Shown piece after piece: positions 48,156 to 58,654 of a DNA stretch of 64,000 bases. A model generated the notes under the pieces. The model saw only the letters and a program-made list of their open reading frames with translations, was not told the DNA's origin and did no database searches. How positions within the stretch are numbered: the first letter of the stretch is position 1; each line of letters opens with the position of its first letter. Source of the DNA: an uncultured Mycoplasma sp. (GTDB lineage: Bacteria > Bacillota_I > Bacilli_A > RF39 > UBA660); contig CANSFH010000002.1 of NCBI GenBank assembly GCA_947646115.1, positions 27,806 through 91,805 on the forward strand, written 5' to 3'. A program made the translations under genes and the position numbers.

Positions 48156-51100
48156 TTATTTAAATAAATTTTTAATTTTAGTCCATAAACTTGTATCTTT
48201 AACTATCTCTTGTTGAATTTCTTCTTTCTCTTCATATTTAACTCCAGATATAGTTAAGACAAATTTAGTTTCTCCTTGATTAGCTTTATTATTCATTGTA
48301 AATGTTTGATAATTTTCACCTAATTTTACTAAAGCTTCAATTCTATTTTGGGCACTTTTGACATTAATATTAACTAAATTACTTATATTAGTAATTCCAT
48401 CTTTATTATATTTTGAAATGCCTTCATTTAAAGATTTACTTCCTAAATATAATTTATTTACACCATTTGCTAAAGCGGGAATATTCTTAACTAAGGCATC
48501 TACACCATTATATAAAGTAGTAGTACCATTAACTATTTGTGTACTTCCTGATTTTAATGATTTAACGCCTGTCTCAAGTTCCGTTAACATACTATTAAGA
48601 GTAGATGGTAATGTCGCACCAAGCAGTGTATTATATTGTTCTAATAAAGCTATAATGTTTTTATTTTGTTCTTTTAATTCTTCTGTACTAGATAATGTTT
48701 TAATCATTTCTTTATTTTTAGTAATTGTAGTTGTAAGTGTTGTCCAAGTATTTTTCATCATTGTTAAAGAATTAACGTTTTCATTTATTAAGTCACCAAT
48801 TGGAGTGCCTTGTGTTAAGGCTAAAGCTTGCATTGTTGCACTATTTAAAGCATTTGCAGCCTCACTACTATTTAATTTATTTAATTCTTTTTTAGCTTCT
48901 GTAATAGTTTTAAGTAAATAACTAATGCCATTATCAAGTTCTACAGAACCATTCTTTAAACTTTTAGCGCCATCATTTAATAATGTAATTTTACTAGCCA
49001 GTACTTTAGCATTTTCATTTAAATTATAAGCACCATCAAGTAAAGCTTTAGAACCAGCTTCAATTTCATCAATTGATTCTTTTAAAATATCAACGTTTTT
49101 ATATAAATCATCCATTTTATCAAATATTTTTAAATCATCTCTACTAATAACTTTAGGAGTTATTATGGAATAAATATTTGGTAACTCAAATTTACTTGTA
49201 GTATATTCAATAACTACTTTATCCATACCCTTAAGATCATTAAGTTTTAAGCTTTCATATAAACCAGGAGTGGAAATTCCTACAACCATATTATCTTTAC
49301 CATTGTTAATGACTTTACCATTACTAACAACTACATTTTGTGATTCACTTCCTTTTATAATTAAACCAGTAGTTACCATAAAAGGTGTATATAAAGTTTC
49401 ACTTTTACCATTTACTTTAACAACATGTTTATTACTATTTGTATATTTAATTTCAAGTTTAATTTTACCACTTTTACCAAGTAATTCATCTAAAGTTTTT
49501 TCTTCATCATCTAAATAGTATTTAACACTTAAGTTTACTGGAAGCTCTTTATTTGTTTTACCTTGATAATATATATCATTACCAGTAGTATACCAAGTAA
49601 TTTTATTACCATTTATTTTATACTCTTCTTTACCATTAATATTTATGATATCAAGTAAGTTAGATTCATCTTCTAAAATTTCTTTATTATTTAAATTATT
49701 TAAATGTTCATTAACAATTATATTTTTAACAGTTCCATCACTATTTAGTTTGGCATATACAGTTTCATCTTTTGTTAAAGCATAAACAGGATTAGCATAA
49801 AGAGCACCTAACAAAATAGCTCCAATCGCTGCTACTTTTTTAATATTATTTTTCATTTTCTTATCATCCTTTCTTTTAAAACCGCTTGTTGTTTTAATAA
49901 TTAATTTATCAAATATAAGTAATATTGCAGGAAGTATAAATATAACTACTACCATACTAATGATAGCTCCTCTAGAAATTAATGTACATAGTGAACTAAT
50001 CATCTCGAGATCCGAATAAATTCCAACACCAAACGTTGCCCCAAAGAAGCACATACCACTAACAATTATAGAACCTACAGAAGTATTTAAAGTTTCTTTT
50101 ATAGCTTCCTCTGGCAGTAAATTATTTTTTCTATGTTTTAGATAAGTCGTGGATACAAGTATAGCATAATCAATTGTTGCTCCAAGTTGGATTGTACCAA
50201 GAACTATTGGTGCCACAAATGGAAGCTCAATTCCACCGAAATAAGGAATACTCATATTTATAAATATTGCAAATTCAATTACTAAAATAAGTAGAATTGG
50301 TAAACTTACAGACCTTAATACAAAAAGCATTATCATTAAAATACAAACAATTGATGATACATTAACATTTTTAAAATCAGTATCACTTATTGTAACTAAA
50401 TCTTTCATAAGTGGTCCTTCACCAGCAAGTATTGCTTTATCATCATATTTATCAATTATATTATTGATAACATCAACTTGATTATTTAATTCATCACTAG
50501 CAATTTCAAAGCTAGAATTAATAAGAACCATCTGATAATTTTCACTTTCAAATATTTTTATAATATCTTCACTTAATAATTCTCTTGAAATTCCCATACT
50601 CTCTAATTTATTAAATGATAAAGCAAAATCTATACCTTCAACGTTCTCAATTTCATCAAGCATATTTCTTAATTCCGAAGTTTTAATATTTTTATCAACT
50701 AATATTATTTCTGGTGAAACAATATTAAATTTTTCTTTAAGTTCGTTATTTGCTACAATTGAGTCCAAATCTTTTGGTAAACTTTCATCTAATTTATAAT
50801 ATACCGAAACTTTATTATTAGCTAAATAAGCTGGTATTAATAAAATTAAGAAAATAGCAAATACTTTTTTATAGTGTCTTACAATAAAGTTATTTAGCTT
50901 TGTAAAATTAGGTAATATTGATTTATGTTTAAACTTATCAATTAATTTATCACTTACTAGTAATAAACTAGGAAATACTGTAAGTACACATACAACTCCT
51001 AAAAAAACACCTTTAGCCATTACAAGTCCTAAATCTGAACCTAAAGTTAATTTCATTGTAATAAGTACTAAAAAACCTGCAATAGTAGTAAGACTACTTC

Positions 51101-51929
51101 CCACAACTGACGTAAAAGTCTCATGAATAGCAATACTCATTGCTTTCTTTTTATCCTCTTCCTTCTTTTTAGCATTTTGATATGCATGATATAAGAAGAT
51201 CGAGAAGTCAGTTGTAACCCCCAATTGTAATACTGCGACTAGCGCTTTTGTTATATAAGATATTTCTCCAAATATAATATTTGTTCCTAAATTAAATAAT
51301 ATTGCAATTCCAATATTAATAAGTAATAGGAATGGTACAATATAAGAGTCCAGTGATAACTCTAAAACTAAAATACATAATATAACAGCAATCACAATAT
51401 ATATAAATATTTCTTTTTCAGATAGGTTCATCGTATCAAGTACCATTGAACTCATCCCACTTACTTTAGCATTATAACCTGCTATTTCTTTGATTTTCTG
51501 AACGGCATTTAAAGTTTCTATTGAACTAGTGCCATCTCTAAATGTGATAAGCATTAAATCAGTAACATCTTTATGAATTTTATCTTGTAAATCATTTGGC
51601 AGAACTTCAATTGGAATCATTGTTCCAATCGCATCATAAGTACTGACTACTTTTTCAACACCATCTATTTTTTTGATTTCACTTTCTAAATTTAAAATTT
51701 CATTGGGGCTCAAATCATTAAGCATTGATACAGCGAACGCTCCCATATTAAATTCATCTGTTAAAATACCTTGACCTTTAATTGTTTCAATATCTTCAGG
51801 TAAATAAACTAATATATCATAATTTATTTTCGTCGCCTGTATTCCAATAAAGGCTGGTATCATTAAAATTAATGTTAGTATTAGAATAGTAACTCTATTC
51901 TTTACTATAAAATCTTCAAATTTTTTCAC
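48156..51929 (-). CDS. MMPL/RND-superfamily membrane transporter continuous in-frame with a secreted coiled-coil (YhgE/Pip-like) C-terminal module
   Basis: Residues 1-690 form two 6-TM RND/MMPL-type halves with large loops. Residue 692 begins MKNNIKKVAAIGAILLGALYANPVYA, which reads as a signal peptide. It is followed by about 565 aa of repeats such as LNENAKVLASKITLLNDGAKSLKNGS that look like coiled coil. Confidence 0.7.
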   Translation of the reverse strand: MKKFEDFIVKNRVTILILTLILMIPAFIGIQATKINYDILVYLPEDIETIKGQGILTDEFNMGAFAVSMLNDLSPNEILNLESEIKKIDGVEKVVSTYDAIGTMIPIEVLPNDLQDKIHKDVTDLMLITFRDGTSSIETLNAVQKIKEIAGYNAKVSGMSSMVLDTMNLSEKEIFIYIVIAVILCILVLELSLDSYIVPFLLLINIGIAILFNLGTNIIFGEISYITKALVAVLQLGVTTDFSIFLYHAYQNAKKKEEDKKKAMSIAIHETFTSVVGSSLTTIAGFLVLITMKLTLGSDLGLVMAKGVFLGVVCVLTVFPSLLLVSDKLIDKFKHKSILPNFTKLNNFIVRHYKKVFAIFLILLIPAYLANNKVSVYYKLDESLPKDLDSIVANNELKEKFNIVSPEIILVDKNIKTSELRNMLDEIENVEGIDFALSFNKLESMGISRELLSEDIIKIFESENYQMVLINSSFEIASDELNNQVDVINNIIDKYDDKAILAGEGPLMKDLVTISDTDFKNVNVSSIVCILMIMLFVLRSVSLPILLILVIEFAIFINMSIPYFGGIELPFVAPIVLGTIQLGATIDYAILVSTTYLKHRKNNLLPEEAIKETLNTSVGSIIVSGMCFFGATFGVGIYSDLEMISSLCTLISRGAIISMVVVIFILPAILLIFDKLIIKTTSGFKRKDDKKMKNNIKKVAAIGAILLGALYANPVYALTKDETVYAKLNSDGTVKNIIVNEHLNNLNNKEILEDESNLLDIININGKEEYKINGNKITWYTTGNDIYYQGKTNKELPVNLSVKYYLDDEEKTLDELLGKSGKIKLEIKYTNSNKHVVKVNGKSETLYTPFMVTTGLIIKGSESQNVVVSNGKVINNGKDNMVVGISTPGLYESLKLNDLKGMDKVVIEYTTSKFELPNIYSIITPKVISRDDLKIFDKMDDLYKNVDILKESIDEIEAGSKALLDGAYNLNENAKVLASKITLLNDGAKSLKNGSVELDNGISYLLKTITEAKKELNKLNSSEAANALNSATMQALALTQGTPIGDLINENVNSLTMMKNTWTTLTTTITKNKEMIKTLSSTEELKEQNKNIIALLEQYNTLLGATLPSTLNSMLTELETGVKSLKSGSTQIVNGTTTLYNGVDALVKNIPALANGVNKLYLGSKSLNEGISKYNKDGITNISNLVNINVKSAQNRIEALVKLGENYQTFTMNNKANQGETKFVLTISGVKYEEKEEIQQEIVKDTSLWTKIKNLFK

Positions 51930-52107
51930 TTTTTAACCTCCGTCATCAACCATTTTATTCCTTTCCTAAAAAATATCCATCAACATATCTCAATATTTGT
52001 TTAATATCCAACACTTGTAGCAATATGTACTAATAAATATCCAACTTTATGTATGATATCTTTACAAAAAGTATAATATTAATTATAATGTAGGTAAGGT
52101 GAAGCAT

Positions 52108-52671
52108 ATGGAAAATAAAATAGATTTAAGAATAATAAAAACCAAAAAAAATATTTATGAAACATTTGAAAATCTTATGAAAAATCATTCTTTTGAAGAA
52201 ATAAAAGTATCTGATATATGTACTCTTGCGATGATTAATCGTTCTACTTTTTATGCTCATTACAATGATAAATATGAACTACTCGAAGAATATATAAATA
52301 ATATGAAAGATTTAATATCTAAAGAATTAGAAAAAAATACTAATATAACTAATTCTAAAGAATATTATTTAGAAATGATAAAACTATTACTTAACCATAT
52401 TGAATTAAAAAGAGATACTTTTGCTTCCATTATGATAAATAATAAAAATAGTATTACAATGGATATATTATATGATGTTATTGATAAAGACATTATTAAA
52501 CAAATAAAAATTAATAACGACCATCAAGCAACTTTAGTTCCTATAGATATAATCTCAAGATTTTATTTAGGTGCTGTAATAAGTATTTGTACTGAATGGA
52601 TAGTTAGTAAAAAATATACTAAAGAAGAAATTTTAAAATATTTTGAACTATTAATTAATGATAATATATAA
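52108..52671 (+). CDS. TetR/AcrR-family transcriptional regulator
   Basis: HTH ISDICTLAMINRSTFYAHYNDKYELLE. It is divergent from the MMPL gene, the classic regulator/transporter pairing. Confidence 0.75.
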   Translation: MENKIDLRIIKTKKNIYETFENLMKNHSFEEIKVSDICTLAMINRSTFYAHYNDKYELLEEYINNMKDLISKELEKNTNITNSKEYYLEMIKLLLNHIELKRDTFASIMINNKNSITMDILYDVIDKDIIKQIKINNDHQATLVPIDIISRFYLGAVISICTEWIVSKKYTKEEILKYFELLINDNI

Positions 52672-52685
52672 AATAGGAGAATTAT

Positions 52686-53540
52686 ATGAATAAGATTAAT
52701 AACAAAAATTTTGAGGATATTTCACCAACTGCAATTGTAACATCATATCCAAGAACTTTTACTGATATTCCATATGAAAAAGAAATATATAGTTGGCTAG
52801 AAAAAAATTGTAGCTCTAATGTAGCATTATATAAAGATTTAGCTCCAGAAATAGAAGCTAGATATAAACTCATTAACAAGCTTTTAGACAAATATAAAAT
52901 AAAACAAGTTTTAGAACTAGCCGCCGGTTATTCATCTCGTGGTTTGATTTATTCAAAAAATGGTTATAAATATATTGAATTAGATTTGAAAGAGGTTTCA
53001 AAAAATAAAGAAAGAATTATTAAAAACATTACTAATGAATTTCCTGCTAATTTAAAATTAATTTCTGGAAATGCTTTAAAAAGTAATGATTTTGATAAAT
53101 GTAGTTCTTATTTAGAAAAAAATCAACCAGTCGCAGTAATAAACGAGGGGTTATTAAGATATTTGACCTTTGCTGAAAAGAAAATCGTTGGAGAAAATAT
53201 TCATAAATTATTATCAGTTCATAATGGTATTTGGATAACTTCTGATTTAACGCCTAAAAAATTTATCAGTTCTCAAAATGAAGCATTAACGGATTTTAAT
53301 TCAAAAGTAGCTAATATAACATCACGTAATAACTTAAATGATAGATTTGAAAATCTGGAACATGTAAAAAAATTTTATGGAAATATCGGATTTGAAGTAA
53401 TTGAAGTTCACAAATTTAGTGAAGTAAAAGATGAATTATATTCAGTAAATACTTTAAATATTATAAATAATAAAATAGAAAAAACATTAGATGATGCGAT
53501 AGTGGTAGTAATGAAAGTGAATAAACATCAATATAACTAG
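52686..53540 (+). CDS. Class I SAM-dependent methyltransferase (LCM/TcmP-like O-methyltransferase family)
   Basis: Motif I VLELAAGYSSRG. AGGAG RBS. Confidence 0.55.
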   Translation: MNKINNKNFEDISPTAIVTSYPRTFTDIPYEKEIYSWLEKNCSSNVALYKDLAPEIEARYKLINKLLDKYKIKQVLELAAGYSSRGLIYSKNGYKYIELDLKEVSKNKERIIKNITNEFPANLKLISGNALKSNDFDKCSSYLEKNQPVAVINEGLLRYLTFAEKKIVGENIHKLLSVHNGIWITSDLTPKKFISSQNEALTDFNSKVANITSRNNLNDRFENLEHVKKFYGNIGFEVIEVHKFSEVKDELYSVNTLNIINNKIEKTLDDAIVVVMKVNKHQYN

Positions 53541-53632
53541 TAGTTACGAAAAATATAATTACTATAAATATATTTAATGAACTTTACTAAACTACTTATC
53601 TATGTTAAAATACGGCGCAAGGAGTGTTTATT

Positions 53633-54253
53633 ATGACTACTAAAAGTTTAATAGTTAAAAGACAAGAATTATATGATATTGTTGAAATAGTTTCTGATGC
53701 TTCTAATAGCTATCAATTTACTTCACTAAAAAAATTCCATACAGGTGGTTATAAAAAGATAGTTAATAGAACTTATTTTGCTGATAAATCTTCTATATTC
53801 ATTGCAATTACTTTGAGTAACGATAATATGCCAATAGAAGGAATTTTTGATATAAATACATATAAACAGAGTAGAAACAAGGTTAATGGTACTTATAGGA
53901 TAGAATATTTTGCTATTGGTTCATTAAATGGCGAGCCTTGTACTATGGTATTTTTATCCCTTATTAGTAGAAAGGGCGTAAGGACAGAAATTAATAATAT
54001 TAAATTAACTGGAGTAGACATACCTAAAACTCTAGAAGATTTAGAAAAGTTGTTAGCTAGATTTGAAGAAATAATATGTAGTTTATCTGATAGAAGTTAC
54101 ACTTCAGAGTTATTTAAAATAAGCACTATTTACTCCCAAATAGAATTGTTAGAAGAAGAAAAGAAAAGTTTAAATTATGATGAGCAAGCCATAATAGATG
54201 GAATTATTGCAAGTTTGGCAAGTTCTCCCCAAACAGCACTGGGTATTAAATAA
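53633..54253 (+). CDS. Hypothetical protein
   Basis: About 206-aa ORF. AAGGAG lies 8 nt before ATG 53633. Confidence 0.4.
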   Translation: MTTKSLIVKRQELYDIVEIVSDASNSYQFTSLKKFHTGGYKKIVNRTYFADKSSIFIAITLSNDNMPIEGIFDINTYKQSRNKVNGTYRIEYFAIGSLNGEPCTMVFLSLISRKGVRTEINNIKLTGVDIPKTLEDLEKLLARFEEIICSLSDRSYTSELFKISTIYSQIELLEEEKKSLNYDEQAIIDGIIASLASSPQTALGIK

Positions 54254-54305
54254 ATAATGTTGGAGAACAAAATATGTTAAAAAATATCTAAAAAATATTG
54301 AAATA

Positions 54306-54330
54306 AAAGAATTATTCTTTTTTTTTTGCT
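54306..54330 (+). terminator. Terminator
   Basis: Palindrome aagaat-t-attctt followed by TTTTTTTTT. Confidence 0.45.
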
Positions 54331-54364
54331 ATATATGGGGTAGAATATATTTGAGGATATAGTT

Positions 54365-56539
54365 ATGAAAGAGATATTTAATAAATTATACAAAATCTTA
54401 ATTATAGTCATGTTATTTATATGGGGAATTATAACTTTTTCTAGTTGTTTTCATGTTTATGAAAGATTTTATAATCCTATTGCTATTTTTTTTGGTGGGT
54501 TTATTATTTTGCTAATTATCTATAATGTTTATCAATTAATAAAGAAAATAAATCCCAAATATCATGACAAAATTGCATTAGGTATGTTTCTTACAAGTTT
54601 AGTTATCATGCTATTATGGGGTCTTAATAATGAAATAATTCCAGCGTATGATTTATCTCATATAATCGCAAAAAGTGATTTACTCCTAAAAAATAACCAT
54701 CATTTTGGTCAGGAAATATATTTCTCAATTTATCCTACACAAATTCCCATAACTATATTTATATATGGAATTAAAGCAGTAGGAACTTTCTTTAACATAA
54801 CTAATCTAAATGCCTTTGTAATCATTTATAATGCTATAATGACTTCTCTAATGTTCTTATTTATATATAAAATTGTTAAGAAATTATCTAATAGTAATTT
54901 AGCTCTAATTGTTATGTTTATTACAATGTTATACCCTGACTTTTACTTATATATTCCATATTATTATACGGATATCATGGCTTTACCTTTTGGAATAATT
55001 GGTTTTTATTTATTACTGGCAGGTGATACCAAAGAAAATAAAAAAAGTTATATTTACTATTTGCTTGCTGGTATCCTTTTTGGAATAGGCTTTAAACTCC
55101 GTGTAACAACTATTATTATTCTTATTGCTTATATTATTTGTTTATTAAGAAATACTAAATTAAAATTAATTTTAAAAAAGCTTTTATTTATTTTTATAGG
55201 AATTATTTTAATCTTATTTACTTATTCTAAAGTTATATATCCATTCTTTAATATTGAAATAGATGAATCAGTTAAAGTACCACCTCTACATTGGGTAATG
55301 ATGGGAACTAATCCGGAAACTAATGGAGGATATGATGACGCTGCTATTAATTATTCTATAAATAGTCAAGATAAAAATAATGACATAAAAAAAGTTATTA
55401 AAGAGCGCATACCTAAATTAAATCCCAAATTTTATTATAATAAGCTACGTAAAGTTTGGTCAGAAGGAGACCATGATATTCAAAGAAAATATGCTCTAAC
55501 AAAATCTATGTCTGAAGTAAGAAACTATATTAGTGGTCCAATGTGTGGTATTTTAAGATACTATACTCAAATGTTAAAATTTGCAATTTATACATTATTT
55601 TTGATAAGTATAGCTAATCAACTTAAAAAGAAAAATACTTTTCAAGATAGTAAAATAGCGCCTATTATTATAAGTGTATTTGGTGGTATTCTCTTCTATT
55701 TATTATGGGAAGCATTAAGTCGTTATAGTTTTTCTTTTCTACCTCTTATAATAATTGGTACATATGCAGGAATTGATATATTTGTAAATAACTTTAATCC
55801 CAATATTTTTACTTTAAAAAATAAAACCTATAATATTAAAAAAGGCAAAAAAATCATTGGCATAATAATGATTATTGCTCTAATAGCAGGTCTTATAATT
55901 GGCACTAAATATGTAGCTAACGATAAACAAGTATTTGAATTAGAACGTAATTTACAAAAATATTCTTCAAGAACTTTTGAGCCTCTATATCACAAAACTT
56001 TAAAAGAAGTATTTAGAGTATCAAAACCATTTAACCGAATTCAATTAAGAGTATTAACTGATAATATAACTGAAAGTATAGAATATACCTATGAAATATA
56101 TAAATCTAATAATGAACTTATTTATAAAAGTACTTATGGCTTTGACCCTCAAAATGAACATATTATGCGTAAAATAACTTTATATGTTCCGACTGTAAAT
56201 GTCACAAAAGAAGAAGAATTCTATGTATTATTTTATTCTAATGAAGCGACTAAAAATAACCATATTAAATTAAATACTTATAAGTTTCAAGATAAAGTAA
56301 AAAATGACCCTGAATTTAGTCCAGAAGTTTTAGGTCCCGATTTTGATTTAAATCCTAATAGTGAAACCTATTTTAATAACAAATTATATACTGGAAATTT
56401 ATTTATCCGTGTTTTTGAAAAAGTAAAAAGACCATTTATTAAAAAAGAAAATTATATAATTATATCTCTGATAGCTGTTTTCTTTATTGGTAGTAATATT
56501 TACTTTAGCTTGATAAAAAAGGAACAAAAAAATGAATGA
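54365..56539 (+). CDS. Polytopic membrane protein with C-terminal soluble domain, putative GT-C-fold glycosyltransferase (ArnT/PMT/YfhO-like)
   Basis: 724 aa with more than 10 TM helices in the first 500 residues and a roughly 200-aa extracytoplasmic tail. The family assignment rests on topology only. Confidence 0.4.
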   Translation: MKEIFNKLYKILIIVMLFIWGIITFSSCFHVYERFYNPIAIFFGGFIILLIIYNVYQLIKKINPKYHDKIALGMFLTSLVIMLLWGLNNEIIPAYDLSHIIAKSDLLLKNNHHFGQEIYFSIYPTQIPITIFIYGIKAVGTFFNITNLNAFVIIYNAIMTSLMFLFIYKIVKKLSNSNLALIVMFITMLYPDFYLYIPYYYTDIMALPFGIIGFYLLLAGDTKENKKSYIYYLLAGILFGIGFKLRVTTIIILIAYIICLLRNTKLKLILKKLLFIFIGIILILFTYSKVIYPFFNIEIDESVKVPPLHWVMMGTNPETNGGYDDAAINYSINSQDKNNDIKKVIKERIPKLNPKFYYNKLRKVWSEGDHDIQRKYALTKSMSEVRNYISGPMCGILRYYTQMLKFAIYTLFLISIANQLKKKNTFQDSKIAPIIISVFGGILFYLLWEALSRYSFSFLPLIIIGTYAGIDIFVNNFNPNIFTLKNKTYNIKKGKKIIGIIMIIALIAGLIIGTKYVANDKQVFELERNLQKYSSRTFEPLYHKTLKEVFRVSKPFNRIQLRVLTDNITESIEYTYEIYKSNNELIYKSTYGFDPQNEHIMRKITLYVPTVNVTKEEEFYVLFYSNEATKNNHIKLNTYKFQDKVKNDPEFSPEVLGPDFDLNPNSETYFNNKLYTGNLFIRVFEKVKRPFIKKENYIIISLIAVFFIGSNIYFSLIKKEQKNE

Positions 56540-57083
56540 AAGAATAACCATAATCTCATTATTTAATGTTAAAGATTTAAAAAAAATTAATAATGTTTTA
56601 AGTTCTATAAATATTTCTCTATGTAAAGTACCTTTTGGTAAAAATATAATTAATAGAAAAGATGTTGATACCTTACCTTGGCATTTTACTTTATCAGCTG
56701 GAGACATCACTAAAGAAAATCTTGCCAAGGAAAGTTTAAAAAATATCAAATTTAATGAATTTGTCATCAGCATTAATAAATTAGAAGTTTTGCCTGGTAA
56801 AGAAAATAGTTATGTTTTGGTTTTTAACATTATACCTAATAAAGAGCTAACATTGCTTCATAAAAAGATTTATGAAATACTACCCACAAATAAGTACAAT
56901 CCTGATAATTTTATATTTCATATTACTATTCATATAAGTAAAGATTATGAAGAAATAATGAATCTAAAAAAAGAAATAGAAAGAAATTTCCAGCCATTTA
57001 AACTAGTAATTGATAAAATTGGTCTATTTCGTATATATCCAGCATCATTAGTAAGTGAGTATTCAAGTATAAAAAAAGTTTAA
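56532..57083 (+). CDS. 2H phosphoesterase superfamily protein (LigT / 2'-5' RNA ligase-like)
   Basis: Two H-x-T-x motifs (WHFTLS and FHITIH). It overlaps the end of the upstream gene. Confidence 0.6.
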   Translation: MNERITIISLFNVKDLKKINNVLSSINISLCKVPFGKNIINRKDVDTLPWHFTLSAGDITKENLAKESLKNIKFNEFVISINKLEVLPGKENSYVLVFNIIPNKELTLLHKKIYEILPTNKYNPDNFIFHITIHISKDYEEIMNLKKEIERNFQPFKLVIDKIGLFRIYPASLVSEYSSIKKV

Positions 57084-57114
57084 AACCTCAAACTAAAAAT
57101 AAGAGGTTTTTTAT

Positions 57115-58506
57115 ATGGATAAATTAAGCAAATACAAATCAAAAAGAGACTTTACTAAAACTAGTGAACCTAAAGGCCAAGTTTCTAAAAATTCTAAAAA
57201 ATTACGTTTTTGTGTCCAACATCATGCTGCTCGTCGTGATCACTATGACTTTCGTTTAGAGTATAATGGAGTATTAGTTAGTTTTGCTATTCCCAAAGGA
57301 CCTAGCTATAACCCTAAAGATAAACGTTTAGCTGTTCATGTTGAAGACCATCCTTTAAGTTATCGTAATTTTGAAGGTACTATACCTAAAGGCGAATATG
57401 GTGGAGGTACAGTAATGTTATGGGATTATGGCTACTGGGAACCTCATAAAAATATGAAGGTTGATTTTAAAAAAGGACCTGTCAAATTTATTTTAAAAGG
57501 AAAAAGATTAATAGGAGAGTGGACACTAGCAAACCTATCTGATAATAATTGGCTATTAATAAAAGATCGAGATAATTTAAAAACTTTTGATAATATAAAT
57601 GATTTTGATACTAGTATTAAAACTGGAAGAACTATGACTGAAATATCCCGTAATATTAAAATTCTTAAAAAAGAAAATGATGAAATGATAATTGAAGGCA
57701 TAACCATAACTAATCCTAATAAAATTATTTACAAAAATCCTAAAGTAACAAAACTAGATATAGTTTTATATTATCAAGCTGTTGCAAAACACATGTTACC
57801 ATATTTAGAAAATAGACCAATCAGTGTAATTAGAGCGCCATCAGGAACTAGTGGAACCAAATTTTTTAAAAAACATTTAGAAAATAATAATGGCCTTGGT
57901 AAAGTTAAAATAAAAGACTTTGCTAACGAAAAAGATGATTACTACTACATTAAAAATATTGAAGGATTAATAAACGAAGTTCAAATGAATAGTTATGAAT
58001 TTCACATCTGGGGTAGCAAAGTGCCACGGCTAAAACATCCCGATATTTTAGTTTTTGATTTAGACCCCGACGAAAGTGTGAAATTAAAAAAAGTTCGTGA
58101 AGGTGTAAGAGATTTAAAAAGCATATTAGATGAATTAAACCTAGATTCTTATCTAAAAACAAGTGGTGGCAAAGGATATCATATAGTAGTTCCAATTGCT
58201 AACATCACTTTAAAAGAATATAAAGACATAGCTATGAATATTGCTAAATTAATGGAAGCTAAATGGCCTAATAAATATACAAGTAACATAAAAAAAGCAT
58301 CACGTAAAGGTAAAATATTCATTGACTATTTACGAAATTCGTTTGGTGCTACAAGTGTCGCTCCTTATTCATTACGTTTAAGAAAAAAAGCTACCATATC
58401 ACTTCCTATAGCTTGGAGTGATTTAGATAAAGTAAAACCCGATAGTTTTACCATTCGAGACTTAAATGATATATTAAAAAAGCCAAATCCCTGGCCAAAA
58501 TTTTAA
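57115..58506 (+). CDS. LigD-type 3'-phosphoesterase (PE) domain fused to an NHEJ primase-polymerase (Pol) domain, with no ligase domain
   Basis: PE motif LRFCVQHHAARRDHYDFRLE. Pol-domain motifs ILVFDLDPDE and KTSGGKGYHIVVPI. At 463 aa it is too short to carry a LIG domain. Confidence 0.7.
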   Translation: MDKLSKYKSKRDFTKTSEPKGQVSKNSKKLRFCVQHHAARRDHYDFRLEYNGVLVSFAIPKGPSYNPKDKRLAVHVEDHPLSYRNFEGTIPKGEYGGGTVMLWDYGYWEPHKNMKVDFKKGPVKFILKGKRLIGEWTLANLSDNNWLLIKDRDNLKTFDNINDFDTSIKTGRTMTEISRNIKILKKENDEMIIEGITITNPNKIIYKNPKVTKLDIVLYYQAVAKHMLPYLENRPISVIRAPSGTSGTKFFKKHLENNNGLGKVKIKDFANEKDDYYYIKNIEGLINEVQMNSYEFHIWGSKVPRLKHPDILVFDLDPDESVKLKKVREGVRDLKSILDELNLDSYLKTSGGKGYHIVVPIANITLKEYKDIAMNIAKLMEAKWPNKYTSNIKKASRKGKIFIDYLRNSFGATSVAPYSLRLRKKATISLPIAWSDLDKVKPDSFTIRDLNDILKKPNPWPKF

Positions 58507-58654
58507 ATAAACACATAAATTGATAAAGTTATATTAATACCAATTATTATATTTAGTTAAATAGTCATAACCACACCTACCAGTATTATCTTCAGCATCT
58601 AAACTAACACAATTTTCTCTTAACTTTTTATTTACGTCATTAATAACATAATAT

